Positions 31,355-41,422 are shown, numbered from the stretch's first letter. The stretch: DNA of 64,000 bases from Candidatus Woesearchaeota archaeon (GCA_043771635.1 JAYVHA010000019.1:1248-65247); one strand, 5' to 3'. Notes: a model not told the origin generated them from the letters alone. A program made the numbers and translations.

Positions 31355-32253
31355 TATACTCGCCACCAACGCCTTTTTCGCTGCACGAATGCTTGCCGCA
31401 CAATATCTTTGTATGGACTTGATGTTTCAAGCATAATTAAGTCTGCACCTGCCGAACGAACTAAAGCTGAAATACGCTCCTCCTCAGCAGCTACAAAAGC
31501 AGCATACGGCTGAGCGTAATCTGCAGCGTCAACAACGAGTTTTTGACCTGTAGTCGGATCTTCTAGTACGAATTCACCATGCGCCGGTAGACGCCTGTCT
31601 CGAGGGTCTCGCACAACTATCAATATTAAATCATGTTTAGTTGCCATGACTTTCAAATTATGTTCCCAAGCTGCATCGAAACCAACGGCATCCGTAATCA
31701 ACATAATAAGTCCTGGCGTTGGCATAACTGCAAGAAGCTGCCTGGTTGAATGAGCAATGTCTTTGACACCACCATAGTGCGCTATATCCAAAATTTGGCG
31801 TGTAATCTGGTGGTGATAAGCAACACCATTTCCAAGCGGCATAAACCGCGTTACGTGGTCGCTCCAAAGTGCTAAGGAAACGTTTTCTCCCATGTGAAGC
31901 GCCGCAAAGGCAAGTGAGCTCGCTACTTCCGCTGCATACTCAGACTTTACTTTATCAGTTGTGCCGCATAACATCGTGTCAGAGACATCGAGAAACATGT
32001 ATACGTTTAGATTCTTCTCTTCTTGTAGCTCTTTTATTACTAGGCGTCTACTTCGCAAACTAGCCTTCCAGTCAATAAGACTAGCATCGTCACCAGTAGT
32101 ATATTGACGATAACCTGCGAACTCTATTCCGTGTCCACGCATACGACTTATCCACTCACCTGAAATCATTGCGGAGAGCACTTGCTGCTTTGCTTCAATT
32201 TCAAGATCTCGAATCTTTGGCAGCAGGTCCGCACGAAATGAGCGCGGCTTCAT
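31354..32253 (-). CDS. DUF58 (vWA-like) MoxR partner
   Basis: GIEFAGYRQY..GDD...IDWKAS, DVSDTM. Confidence 0.92.
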   Translation of the reverse strand: MKPRSFRADLLPKIRDLEIEAKQQVLSAMISGEWISRMRGHGIEFAGYRQYTTGDDASLIDWKASLRSRRLVIKELQEEKNLNVYMFLDVSDTMLCGTTDKVKSEYAAEVASSLAFAALHMGENVSLALWSDHVTRFMPLGNGVAYHHQITRQILDIAHYGGVKDIAHSTRQLLAVMPTPGLIMLITDAVGFDAAWEHNLKVMATKHDLILIVVRDPRDRRLPAHGEFVLEDPTTGQKLVVDAADYAQPYAAFVAAEEERISALVRSAGADLIMLETSSPYKDIVRQAFVQRKRRWWRV

Positions 32254-32260
32254 TGTGTTT

Positions 32261-33370
32261 TCACCGCTCGGCGACTGGCACTTTGGCGAGAAGCTCGTCG
32301 ATGATTTGATCTGCGCTTACGCCTTCCGCCTGTCCTTCATAACTTAAAATTAGACGGTGACGAAGTACATCGTGCGCCTTTTGTTTTACGTCTTCAGGCG
32401 TAACATAAGTGCGGCCGGAAACTAGCGCACGAGCTTTAGCCGCAATAAATAAACTAATTGTGGAACGTGGGGAGCCTCCGTAAGCAATATACTTTGCCCG
32501 TGTGAGCTTATATTGATCAGGATGTCGCGTTGCATCAACAATTCGTACTATGTATCGCTCAACTTTAGGATCCAAATAAACGTTGCGTACATCCTGCTGA
32601 ATTGCAACTATCATACGCGGGTCCAAAATAGGTTTTAAGTCATAATCCTCAAAGCGACGCGTAGTCATATTCTTATGCATTACTTCAATTTCCTCCTCAG
32701 GAGGCAAGTAGCCCATTACTACTTTGAATAAAAAGCGGTCAACTTGCGCTTCAGGCAACGGGTAAGTACCAATATTTTCTACAGGGTTCTGTGTTGCCAT
32801 TACGAAAAAAGGTTGTGGAAGCGGGAATGTTTGGTTTCCAATAGTTACTTGCTTCTCCTGCATTGATTCAAGAAGTGCTGACTGAACCTTCGGCGGCGCA
32901 CGGTTTATTTCGTCAGCAAGTACGAAATTCGCAAAAATTGGACCTTTAATTGTGTAAAAGCCTTTACCTTCTTCGTACGTAGTAATACCAACGATGTCTG
33001 TCGGAAGAAGGTCAGGAGTAAACTGAATACGCTTGAAGTCACAACCCGTCACACGTGCAAGTGAGCGAACAGTAAGCGTTTTTGCAATGCCTGGCAAACC
33101 CTCGACAAGTACGTGTCCGTTTGCCACAAGGGCTTCAATAAGATTAGTTATAACTACTTGTTGCCCTACAATAATCTTGGAGAGTTCTTCACGTACAAGC
33201 GCAATGCGCTGCTGATACACAGCAACGCGCGCAATAAAAGCAGGGTCTTGAGCATTTATAGCTTCTTGACCTAAGGGGGTTAGTGGTAAACTCTGCGCAA
33301 TAGAAGTTACCAACGCACTTGCGGATACACTATTCTGCATTGAAGGCGGTAGTGCTGCGGTTGGTGACAC
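32261..33370 (-). CDS. moxR: MoxR-family AAA+ ATPase
   Basis: LVEGLPGIAKT, RIQFTPDLLPTD, LADEINRAPPKVQSALLE, ATQNPVE, YPLPEAQVDRF. Confidence 0.95.
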   Translation of the reverse strand: MSPTAALPPSMQNSVSASALVTSIAQSLPLTPLGQEAINAQDPAFIARVAVYQQRIALVREELSKIIVGQQVVITNLIEALVANGHVLVEGLPGIAKTLTVRSLARVTGCDFKRIQFTPDLLPTDIVGITTYEEGKGFYTIKGPIFANFVLADEINRAPPKVQSALLESMQEKQVTIGNQTFPLPQPFFVMATQNPVENIGTYPLPEAQVDRFLFKVVMGYLPPEEEIEVMHKNMTTRRFEDYDLKPILDPRMIVAIQQDVRNVYLDPKVERYIVRIVDATRHPDQYKLTRAKYIAYGGSPRSTISLFIAAKARALVSGRTYVTPEDVKQKAHDVLRHRLILSYEGQAEGVSADQIIDELLAKVPVAER

Positions 33371-33491
33371 ACTCTAAAACGCATAGCTGCTCTTTTAAAT
33401 GCTGCTGTTCACTCTCACGTAGATACGTTTAGAGCTCGGAACTAGTGAACTTGGCAGAATATTTATAACGGGCTGACTCAATTTATTGTAC

Positions 33492-34064
33492 ATGAGTACC
33501 AGTGATCCTGTACGCGCACATCAAGATGCGATGCTAGCACTACAGCACGAGTTCGATCGTAAAATCACATATCACCGACAGAAAGCATATCATGATCCTG
33601 CCGAGATTTACTGGCTAGCGCACGAATTTCTTACAGCAATATTGCAGAGAGCGGAACGCCACCATACAGAAGAAGAACTTGGAGCTATGCTAACTCAACT
33701 TAAGCACGATTTTATTTCCCTGCCCCCCGAACTAATCGAAGCGTGGCGCATATTTCTAGGTCAGCTCGCATACGCCCAGTACGGTGGTTACACAACTGAA
33801 ACACGCCACGTACAACTGTTACTCGACCAATGCGCACTGCTAATTGAAGAAACCCTTCGCGAAGTAGTAACTGCGCCAGACGAACTTACCAAACAACTAC
33901 AAGCCCTGAAGGTGCTCGTGCATAATGGCGAACTAGGACGCGCCGAACACCAATACCGTACAATCATTCAAGCCTATGAACGTCTTCCGGATGAACGCAA
34001 GCAAGCACACTATCATAGAGTAGCTAGCGCGTTTCAGACTATATCCGCTGCACGTAGCGCATAA
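33492..34064 (+). CDS. all-helical hypothetical protein, paralogous to the cytoplasmic tail of 38260..40419
   Basis: TTTATAA box upstream; 'HTEEEL...FL.QL...QYGG' and 'AEHQY..I...YERLP..RKQ..Y' motifs. Confidence 0.7.
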   Translation: MSTSDPVRAHQDAMLALQHEFDRKITYHRQKAYHDPAEIYWLAHEFLTAILQRAERHHTEEELGAMLTQLKHDFISLPPELIEAWRIFLGQLAYAQYGGYTTETRHVQLLLDQCALLIEETLREVVTAPDELTKQLQALKVLVHNGELGRAEHQYRTIIQAYERLPDERKQAHYHRVASAFQTISAARSA

Positions 34065-34131
34065 AAATTAAAATATATAATTCACTAAAATAATTGTAAG
34101 ATTCAATCCTCCTTCCGTAAAGAATTAAAAA

Positions 34132-37100
34132 TTATTTCTGCCTCGCATAAAATATTACTAGCGTTGCCCCGATAACAATTAGTGCAATTAGTAAACCACC
34201 AAGCGCCCAGTTTAGCGTACTCCAAGCTGCAAGTCCTTCAATTCCCGCAGGTTGTTGTAACTCCTGCCTACGTATAGTTTTTAGATACGCGCAGCCGTCA
34301 GTTGCAGCTTCTAGTAGCTCGGCAGCGCGCATATTGTCCCCACTAGCAATTGCGACTTCTGCTTGATCAACAAGTTCGGCAAGTTCTCCACACACAGGGT
34401 CTTGTGAGAGCAAGTCGCGAGCACTCGTAACTTTGGTGTTTACTGCGTCACCAGTGCTGGTGCGCTCTAAGCTGTTAAGAAATAATACAGCACTATCATT
34501 GAAACTCGGCTCTCCGACAACTGCAGTCACTATAATTTCAAATGTACCGCCGAGCTTATAATTCTTAATTGCGAGCGACGTGTTAAACGTCTCATCGGGC
34601 GCAAGCTCTTTTACAGTATTAGTAATAAACCCGAGTTCTACTTCAGCCTCAGATGTTGCAGTCAAGTCAATATCCTTAAGGGTCAAGTTTCCAGTATTCA
34701 CTAGTGCAATTGGAACGATAACAGTTGCATTTTCATACACTGTAAGCGGCTTCGGCACAATCAAGTTTATTGCGTATGGCTGGGGCCTTGGAATTGGCTT
34801 AATTACAACAGCACCGCCACCACCACCACCACCACCACCACCGCCAGAACTTGAACTCGAACTACTCGAGCTCTCCTCTTCTTCAGGATTATAGAAAATA
34901 GTGTAAGTAATAATATTGGAATAAAGACTGTAAGCACTATCCGCAGTAGTGGCGAGGTAAGTAAATGTAATACTGCCTGATGACGCAGGAGTTATTGTAA
35001 CGTCAGAGTCTACAAATGCTGCAGTAAAATATGCATTCGCTGATACAGAGTATACTAGCGTATTAATTTCGCTTCCATCAATAGCCAAGTTAGAGTCAAG
35101 ATCGTCATCAGGATCAATTATACTAAGTTCGTTGTTTAGTAGCGTAGTATCGTTAATTGTCCGGTTTCCGAGATTAGAAACGAGTATTGGGGCGCGTTTC
35201 ACGTTACGGACTGTGGTATTCCACATGAATGAATCATTAGCTAAAAGATTGTCTTCGACAACAGCCATTATTTCGTGTACACCTGCATCGAAGAAATCAA
35301 AACTTGCGGAATAGGCCGGGTTTGATGCAGATGGCGACGCAACAAGCATACCGTTCGAATAATATTTTACGGTCATGTTAGCAAGCACACTATCAGGATC
35401 TGTGAATGAAATATTGTAAACAACTGTAGTGTTTTCAGAGGCATTAATGAGCGTTATTGCGTTACTTGTAGTAACTATTGTGTTGTTTACTTGCGCCGAG
35501 CCATTGAGATAAGGACGAGCACCTGTAATAACAGGCGGAGCTGAACCGTTGACCACGGCGAACGTTACATTTTGACTCGTAAATGCTCCTAGCGCGTCCG
35601 TCACAGCGATATTAACTTCGTACGAGCCAATGTCTGCAAGTACAGGCGTAAATTGAATACGGCCTGTGTAAGCGTTTAATAGAGTAATATTGAAAAGGCC
35701 AGTATTTGGTCCAGCTATATCCGCTGTGAAGTTTATTGTGTCACCAATATTACGCTGATCAACATCAGTCATAATTACGTCCCAAGTTTTGCTTACATCT
35801 ATCACCACAGGCGCAGAAAGTGTAAGTACATTCGTGATATTGTCTCGGTTACTGTCAAAGAATGGCGCATCATTAGTATTGTTTACTTGAAGTGTGAAAA
35901 TCTGGGAATCACTAGCTCCCCATCGATCAGTTACAGTCAGTAGCAGAGAATAGTTCGATACCTCATTATTTGCATAGGTGTGATTCAACCTGCTAGTATT
36001 CACAGATAGCCAAGTTACATCAGCTAGCGAATCATTGAAAGAGAAAGTGAGATTTTCACCCGCATCATCATCAAGCGCCGCTAATTCGATCGTACAAGGC
36101 AGATCTTCTGCGCACGTCCTATTAGTTATCGGCACTAACACCGGCGCGGCGTTAGCATATACCGTAATGTTAAGTGTGCGCGTTACTGAAGCTAACGCGA
36201 TGTCTTGTGCAGTTATGCCGACTAATCGCCTCCCAACATCCCCAGCACCGGGTGTCGCCGTAATTAGGCCGCTGCTCGCTCCGACAGTGAATAGCGAATC
36301 ATTACTCGTGAAGGTTAGTGTATCACCCGCATAGGTTAGTTCGTCAACATCACTCGCATTTACAACATATGCGAATGCAATATCTTGCGCAGCACTTAAA
36401 GCACTAGCATTTTTTTGGCCTAAATAGTTCGGAGACTCAGCACTTATTTCAGCTATAATAGGGACATCGTTTGTGTTAGTAAGATTGAATGTTATATTAT
36501 AGCTAGTGGTGGAGCGGAAGACACCTGCTGCTGTATAGTCGGAGACAGAAAGCCTTACAGATCTACAAATGATATGATTATTCGTTAGAGTTACGTTTAT
36601 GATTCCGATAGCGCCAGTACTACTGTTCGAAGTAGTATTGACAGACCAAGGGTTCGTTATTGAGCAACCTGGACTGGCTACAGAAAAGAATAACTGATCC
36701 GCAGGATTAGTATCGTTTGCCAGTATAATATACTCGAATAAGGTACCTTGTGTACCATTTACTGCCGGAGTAGACGTGAATACAGAGGCATTGTTCGGCT
36801 CAGTAACTAGCACAGTAAATGTAGTAGTTGCATTCTTCATAGGGTTTGACGCTTGCCAAGCAACAATACTTACATTGTACAACCCAGCGTCGAGGCTAGT
36901 TGGATAACCTAGTGCGAAAGATACGTTCGCACTAAAATTACTCGTAGGCAACAGCGTTAAAGTTCCGTTTGATGTTATAGTGAAATTTAAAGGATCACTC
37001 TCTTCGTCTGAAGCAGTTATAGATAGACTGAAACCTTGTCCGGAAGTGACGTTTTGATTTCCAGGACTTATAATAATTGGAATGTCATCGAATTCAACGA

Positions 37101-37797
37101 CTTCATATACTATGTTCGAGCCACCATAAGTTTCACCATCAAACGCCAGAATCGCCATGGTGTGATTACCAACCTTACTTGCAGTAGGAGTTGCTGATAT
37201 ATCCCCATCATTGTCTATTGTAAATAATGAAGTGCCATTGTACAGGCTACTATTAAGATCACTTGATAAAAATAGCAGAATAGTGTCACCATCGGCGTCA
37301 GTTGCAGTAGCAGTAGCCGAATAAGTCTGGTCTTCAGTTAAAGACTGCAAGGTTGTAGGGAACGTAATTACGGGCGGAGAGTTAGAAATCAAGACTGCAG
37401 TGGCATTTTGCGCAACTGAAGCAGTAATATTAGACACTGTAGCCTCGCAGCGCCAATATTCACCTTTAGATGTACTTATAGGTTCTATTGAACCATTTAC
37501 TCCTGTGGCCGTTGCTACACCATTAGTGAGAGGCAGTGTTTCAGTGTCGCCAATCCAAAGTAAGTTATTCTGATACCACGAAATATTTGCAGTTAAGGTA
37601 CCATTTCCAGTTGCATTCACGATACAAGCCAATGTGCTGGCGGTGCCTGGCGAGGCAGGAGTAACACTTACGCTAACGATATTTAACGCGCGTACTTCTG
37701 GCATAAATAGCACAACACTTAGCGTAATTAAAAGTAAAGTTAACACAGTTTGCGAAGCAAAAGCTTCTCCGCTTGTACCAGTCTGCTTAGAAGTCAT
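34132..37797 (-). CDS. large cell-surface glycoprotein with cadherin/Ig-like repeats, Ser/Gly linker, CARDB-like domain and C-terminal TM anchor
   Basis: signal peptide; repeated 'NxxPxI', 'A.D.D.D.L.F', 'VTD..GA' units; many N-x-S/T sequons; 'NTGNLTL'; TM + RQK end. Confidence 0.85.
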   Translation of the reverse strand: MTSKQTGTSGEAFASQTVLTLLLITLSVVLFMPEVRALNIVSVSVTPASPGTASTLACIVNATGNGTLTANISWYQNNLLWIGDTETLPLTNGVATATGVNGSIEPISTSKGEYWRCEATVSNITASVAQNATAVLISNSPPVITFPTTLQSLTEDQTYSATATATDADGDTILLFLSSDLNSSLYNGTSLFTIDNDGDISATPTASKVGNHTMAILAFDGETYGGSNIVYEVVEFDDIPIIISPGNQNVTSGQGFSLSITASDEESDPLNFTITSNGTLTLLPTSNFSANVSFALGYPTSLDAGLYNVSIVAWQASNPMKNATTTFTVLVTEPNNASVFTSTPAVNGTQGTLFEYIILANDTNPADQLFFSVASPGCSITNPWSVNTTSNSSTGAIGIINVTLTNNHIICRSVRLSVSDYTAAGVFRSTTSYNITFNLTNTNDVPIIAEISAESPNYLGQKNASALSAAQDIAFAYVVNASDVDELTYAGDTLTFTSNDSLFTVGASSGLITATPGAGDVGRRLVGITAQDIALASVTRTLNITVYANAAPVLVPITNRTCAEDLPCTIELAALDDDAGENLTFSFNDSLADVTWLSVNTSRLNHTYANNEVSNYSLLLTVTDRWGASDSQIFTLQVNNTNDAPFFDSNRDNITNVLTLSAPVVIDVSKTWDVIMTDVDQRNIGDTINFTADIAGPNTGLFNITLLNAYTGRIQFTPVLADIGSYEVNIAVTDALGAFTSQNVTFAVVNGSAPPVITGARPYLNGSAQVNNTIVTTSNAITLINASENTTVVYNISFTDPDSVLANMTVKYYSNGMLVASPSASNPAYSASFDFFDAGVHEIMAVVEDNLLANDSFMWNTTVRNVKRAPILVSNLGNRTINDTTLLNNELSIIDPDDDLDSNLAIDGSEINTLVYSVSANAYFTAAFVDSDVTITPASSGSITFTYLATTADSAYSLYSNIITYTIFYNPEEEESSSSSSSSSGGGGGGGGGGGAVVIKPIPRPQPYAINLIVPKPLTVYENATVIVPIALVNTGNLTLKDIDLTATSEAEVELGFITNTVKELAPDETFNTSLAIKNYKLGGTFEIIVTAVVGEPSFNDSAVLFLNSLERTSTGDAVNTKVTSARDLLSQDPVCGELAELVDQAEVAIASGDNMRAAELLEAATDGCAYLKTIRRQELQQPAGIEGLAAWSTLNWALGGLLIALIVIGATLVIFYARQK

Positions 37798-37919
37798 GCG
37801 CGCACCCGCTTTTCTAATAGCTCATTAACTACTTGCTGAATCGTTTTAGATTCTTTAACGGCCTTTAGCTTTAATTTGGTATGCAACTCTAACGGGAGAT
37901 CCACGTTGATATTAGTCAT
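37794..37919 (-). CDS. 41-aa ribbon-helix-helix DNA-binding protein (not in ORF track)
   Basis: manual translation MTNINVDLPLELHTKLKLKAVKESKTIQQVVNELLEKRVRA; ATGA overlaps on both sides. Confidence 0.85.
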   Translation of the reverse strand: MTNINVDLPLELHTKLKLKAVKESKTIQQVVNELLEKRVRA

Positions 37920-38035
37920 ATCCCCTGCTCCAATTCCTCAATTAAGAATGCCCTTAGAGACTTCCCTTTACTAACTGCTGCTAGCTTGCAGCGCTTATGT
38001 AGCGCAGGCGGAAGCTCAATATTTATTCTAGTCAC
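37916..38035 (-). CDS. 39-aa ribbon-helix-helix DNA-binding protein (not in ORF track)
   Basis: manual translation (GTG) MTRINIELPPALHKRCKLAAVSKGKSLRAFLIEELEQGI; TATATAAA box ~25 nt upstream. Confidence 0.8.
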   Translation of the reverse strand: MTRINIELPPALHKRCKLAAVSKGKSLRAFLIEELEQGI

Positions 38036-38039
38036 AAAT

Positions 38040-38200
38040 AACTACTGATAAAGCCATTTATATAGGTTTGTATACTTAACAAATTAAATATAGTTAATTA
38101 ATTTATACACTTTATATAAATATATAAAATACCATAACTACACTACACAACATAACCTACGTAAGTAATGTAAGTTACATAAATATACTAAATTATACGA
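38040..38200 (-). promoter_or_regulatory. AT-rich promoter/operator region of the RHH-RHH-surface protein operon
   Basis: TATA box 38057-38064, repeated tatac/tatat, palindrome atgtaa-g-ttacat 38168-38180. Confidence 0.5.
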
Positions 38201-38259
38201 TTCCCGCCAGTTCTAAACCTAAAGAACTAAGACTAGAATTATTTGTTTCGAAACACATT

Positions 38260-40419
38260 CTAAGGTTTCTTACTGCCTAGGCCAAGTCTAAGCTCATCAT
38301 AAACACGTGCAAGGTCATCATAAATTTCGCGCTGCTCCGCTAAAGTTGCTTTTGCGTACCATGATTCAAGCACTTGATAGAGCGCTTGGGCGAGCTCCTC
38401 TTTGTTGAACTGGATTGCGAGGTGCAATTGGTTAAGAAGCAAATAACCACGATCAAGCGCAGGAGTCTCTGCAGGAATGTCGCGTAGTTGCAAGTCCTGG
38501 TCTCGAGCACGTAAATCATCAACTGTGAGCACCGCTGTTTGATATACTAGTTCTCGCGTTTCTTGAATTAGAGAACGCAGTACAAGTTCATTCACTGGCA
38601 CGCCCGCAAATTCTAGAACATTTATACGGATAAAGAACTTTCGAAGTATCCGGGCTAAAAGCGGGTTCAAGCGATTAACATTTACCGCTTTAACTAATTC
38701 TTCATTTGTGAACTCGAACTCGAGTCCGAGTGACGCTTTGAAGTAGTCACGTATAATTCGCGCAAGCTCTTCTTGACTACGAATAATAGTCTGCGTACCG
38801 AGCCGCGCCTCTAACTCTGCAAGGCGACGAATAATTTCCTCCTTTGTTGCTGCAGCTAGCAGTATCTTTCTGTTGGTTCGTTGATGGCGTAGTAAAAATG
38901 CCATCAGAGCGCTTGCAATCTGACGTTTGAGAATTATTGCGAGTAAGAAAGCAACGGCTAGCGCTATTCCGCCGATGAGTAGCGCAGTAAACCAAGGGAA
39001 ACCTGCCGCAGGGAACTGCTCTTCAACGCAAGCCGCACAGAAAAGTCCACCGCAATCAATTTGCTCTTCCCCACCATTTCTTATTCCGTCGGAACAACTT
39101 GTACAAGGAGCGCAATCAGGCCCTCCACAGTCAAGCCCTTTTTCTTCACCATCCATTTTTCTGTTTGAACAAGTGTTGCACTGCTCGCAGAACGGACCGC
39201 CACAATCCACACCTTCTTCAAAACCATTTTGGATACCATCAGTGCACAATGTACAAGCAGAGCATACTGCGCCACCGCAGTCAACACCCGTTTCATCTTG
39301 ATTCAGTATACCGTCTGCACAGTTAGGCACGTACCCGCATGGGCGAACTTCCGTGCGCGTAACAGAGCCAGGACACTGCTTAGTATCAATACAAGAGCGC
39401 CAGGAAAAGCCCGCACGGTACTCATCAATACTAGGCGACGCACCAGGTGCAGGAGTGTATAATATATCCCCCCGCACACCTGTAATCACTATGTTTGCTG
39501 GATTTGCAGGCGAAACTCGAACGCTGCGCGCTACTTGACAAGCGCTCCAATCATAACAGAAGTAGTTCTCAAAACAAACAGGGTTTGTTGAAGTGCGTGA
39601 GGCGCCACCACCGCCACCAGCTCCACCACCACCGCCTCCACCACCGCCGCTTGAGGACGAGCTAGAGGAACCACCAGAACTGCCTGACGACGGCGGCGGA
39701 CAAGTTACGTTTAACTTTACAGTATTACTTATTGCACTTAGATTAGTCGGATCTGTTGCATTGAATACAACGCTTTCTACACCGCACCAACCGGACGCAG
39801 GTGTAAGCGTTACTTCTCCAGCAGTGAAAGCAATACCAATATTAGAATTACCAGTCACAGAGTATGCTAAAATATCAGCATTCGGATCAATAAAATAATT
39901 ATCGAGATCAAACGCTACAAGCACAGTTCCATACTGCCAGGTTTGATTTGGAATATTTTGTGCGAGAAACGGAGTATTCAAATTTTGGGAAATGGTGAAT
40001 GTATTCAAGTTTGTAGTTATAGCGTTTGTACAGCCCGAACCATCGTCCACAGTAAGTAAAAGAGTGTAAGTGCCAATCTGAGATGAATTTGGCGTAAACG
40101 CAAATGTATGAGTTGAGCTGGAGAATAACGCGAGTCCCGTAGCTGGACCGGATAGCGCAGCAGATGAGAAAGCAAAACTTACTTGGACTGGATCAGAGGC
40201 AGTCATTGTGCATGAGTAAGGAGTATCCACATAGGCGTTCATAGTACAAGAAGATAGGTTTAGCGTCGGCGGCGTGTTTACACAAATAGTCAATTGCCCA
40301 TTAGATGTAACTCTACCAGTAGTAGACGCATCACGTACTAGGATATACGCATTCTGCGCCAAGACTAGAACAACAAGAATAAGGAATGCAATCCACAAAT
40401 ACTTTGGATGCTTACGCAC
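38260..40419 (-). CDS. membrane-anchored surface protein: Ig/cadherin-like domains, Ser/Gly linker, Cys-rich repeats, TM, cytoplasmic helical domain
   Basis: GAGGTGG SD before GTG 40419; N-terminal TM + TTGRVT; FDLDNYFIDP; CxDGxxNxxExxxDCGG repeats. Confidence 0.85.
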   Translation of the reverse strand: MRKHPKYLWIAFLILVVLVLAQNAYILVRDASTTGRVTSNGQLTICVNTPPTLNLSSCTMNAYVDTPYSCTMTASDPVQVSFAFSSAALSGPATGLALFSSSTHTFAFTPNSSQIGTYTLLLTVDDGSGCTNAITTNLNTFTISQNLNTPFLAQNIPNQTWQYGTVLVAFDLDNYFIDPNADILAYSVTGNSNIGIAFTAGEVTLTPASGWCGVESVVFNATDPTNLSAISNTVKLNVTCPPPSSGSSGGSSSSSSSGGGGGGGGGAGGGGGASRTSTNPVCFENYFCYDWSACQVARSVRVSPANPANIVITGVRGDILYTPAPGASPSIDEYRAGFSWRSCIDTKQCPGSVTRTEVRPCGYVPNCADGILNQDETGVDCGGAVCSACTLCTDGIQNGFEEGVDCGGPFCEQCNTCSNRKMDGEEKGLDCGGPDCAPCTSCSDGIRNGGEEQIDCGGLFCAACVEEQFPAAGFPWFTALLIGGIALAVAFLLAIILKRQIASALMAFLLRHQRTNRKILLAAATKEEIIRRLAELEARLGTQTIIRSQEELARIIRDYFKASLGLEFEFTNEELVKAVNVNRLNPLLARILRKFFIRINVLEFAGVPVNELVLRSLIQETRELVYQTAVLTVDDLRARDQDLQLRDIPAETPALDRGYLLLNQLHLAIQFNKEELAQALYQVLESWYAKATLAEQREIYDDLARVYDELRLGLGSKKP
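39028..39321 (-). repeat. four tandem ~24-aa Cys-rich repeats
   Basis: CADGILNQDETGVDCGG, CTDGIQNGFEEGVDCGG, CSNRKMDGEEKGLDCGG, CSDGIRNGGEEQIDCGG. Confidence 0.9.
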
Positions 40420-40852
40420 GGAGCACCACCTCACGTGTAAAGTCTACATCCCAATGCCCGAGAAACGCCAAAGCATCAAGTTCACGATCCATCGGCACAA
40501 AAAATGCAGGTCTACCCAGCTTTTGTCCACCCCATTCGGGCAACAAACCTATGCGACCTTGCACTCCCATTAACGCGTGGCTAAACACCTTCTTCCGACC
40601 AGGGTTCAAACGAGCAAGTAAATAAGTGATTAGCGACCAGCTCCCGACCCCAGCCATTTTTCTGTATGATTGCCCATATCGATGCGAGTAGCCCCGCTCT
40701 AAAAACTCTCGCACGCGCGTATGAAGCTGTGATGCAGGCAGACTAATGCAACCTGGCACCCGCGTGGCACCCGCAGTAATAGCGAAATGAGTCTCACCAA
40801 CAGTAACTATGTCGATGACGTCAACCTGCTTCAGTAAACCACTGAATTGCAC
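40412..40852 (-). CDS. hypothetical cytoplasmic protein
   Basis: 'ITY.L..L....KKVFSHALMG...GLL...GGQKLGR.AFFVP' resembles a ferredoxin-like domain I associate with DPANN nucleotidyltransferase-like proteins. Confidence 0.55.
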   Translation of the reverse strand: MQFSGLLKQVDVIDIVTVGETHFAITAGATRVPGCISLPASQLHTRVREFLERGYSHRYGQSYRKMAGVGSWSLITYLLARLNPGRKKVFSHALMGVQGRIGLLPEWGGQKLGRPAFFVPMDRELDALAFLGHWDVDFTREVVLRA

Positions 40853-40983
40853 AATACTCGCAGCTTCGCGACCTTTTTATTAGTATCGAATACGCAAAAG
40901 AGATTGACAAGAAGTTACCCACTTTAAAGCTGAAAAATATCAACTATTTACGATAAAGTGATTAAACAAGTTATTAGGATAAT

Positions 40984-41418
40984 TCATTTATTAGGCGAAT
41001 AAGGCACTACATACAAAGTACCCTGGTAAGTGCCAAGCGGAGCATCGAGCGACGGACGCAAACTAATGTTTACCTCAGCAGGTAAAGTAGTAATACTGGG
41101 CTGTATTATGATCCACTCACTTCCTTTACCTCTTGCTAACACAAGTACTTGACGCTTGGCTTGCGCTTCTTGCGTCATGCTGCCAATGCCCGCCTCGACT
41201 TGCAAAGTACGCCAAGAGGCTCCTCCAGGACCTAGCTGACCAAGCCTAAATACATCTTTTCTAGTATCGACACCTGGTACGTCCGCAATTACAAATAGAT
41301 AGGGTATAGACTGAGTTCCGTCAGGAAATTTTTCATTACTTGCAGTCAAGATATACACGGAGGCAGCACTTATAGCACCAACAAAAAGAACTAGAAAAAT
41401 AACAGAGATCAAACGCAT
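40984..41418 (-). CDS. small exported single-Ig-like protein (putative minor fibre subunit)
   Basis: N-terminal TM; 'LGQLGPG', 'SLRPSLDAPLGTYQGTLYV' terminal strand. Confidence 0.7.
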   Translation of the reverse strand: MRLISVIFLVLFVGAISAASVYILTASNEKFPDGTQSIPYLFVIADVPGVDTRKDVFRLGQLGPGGASWRTLQVEAGIGSMTQEAQAKRQVLVLARGKGSEWIIIQPSITTLPAEVNISLRPSLDAPLGTYQGTLYVVPYSPNK

Positions 41419-41422
41419 AATA

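Noticed and set aside
39028..39321. CRISPR array or non-coding repeat
   Set aside because: Repeats are degenerate at DNA level and in-frame Cys-rich protein repeats; no CRISPR array was seen anywhere in the window
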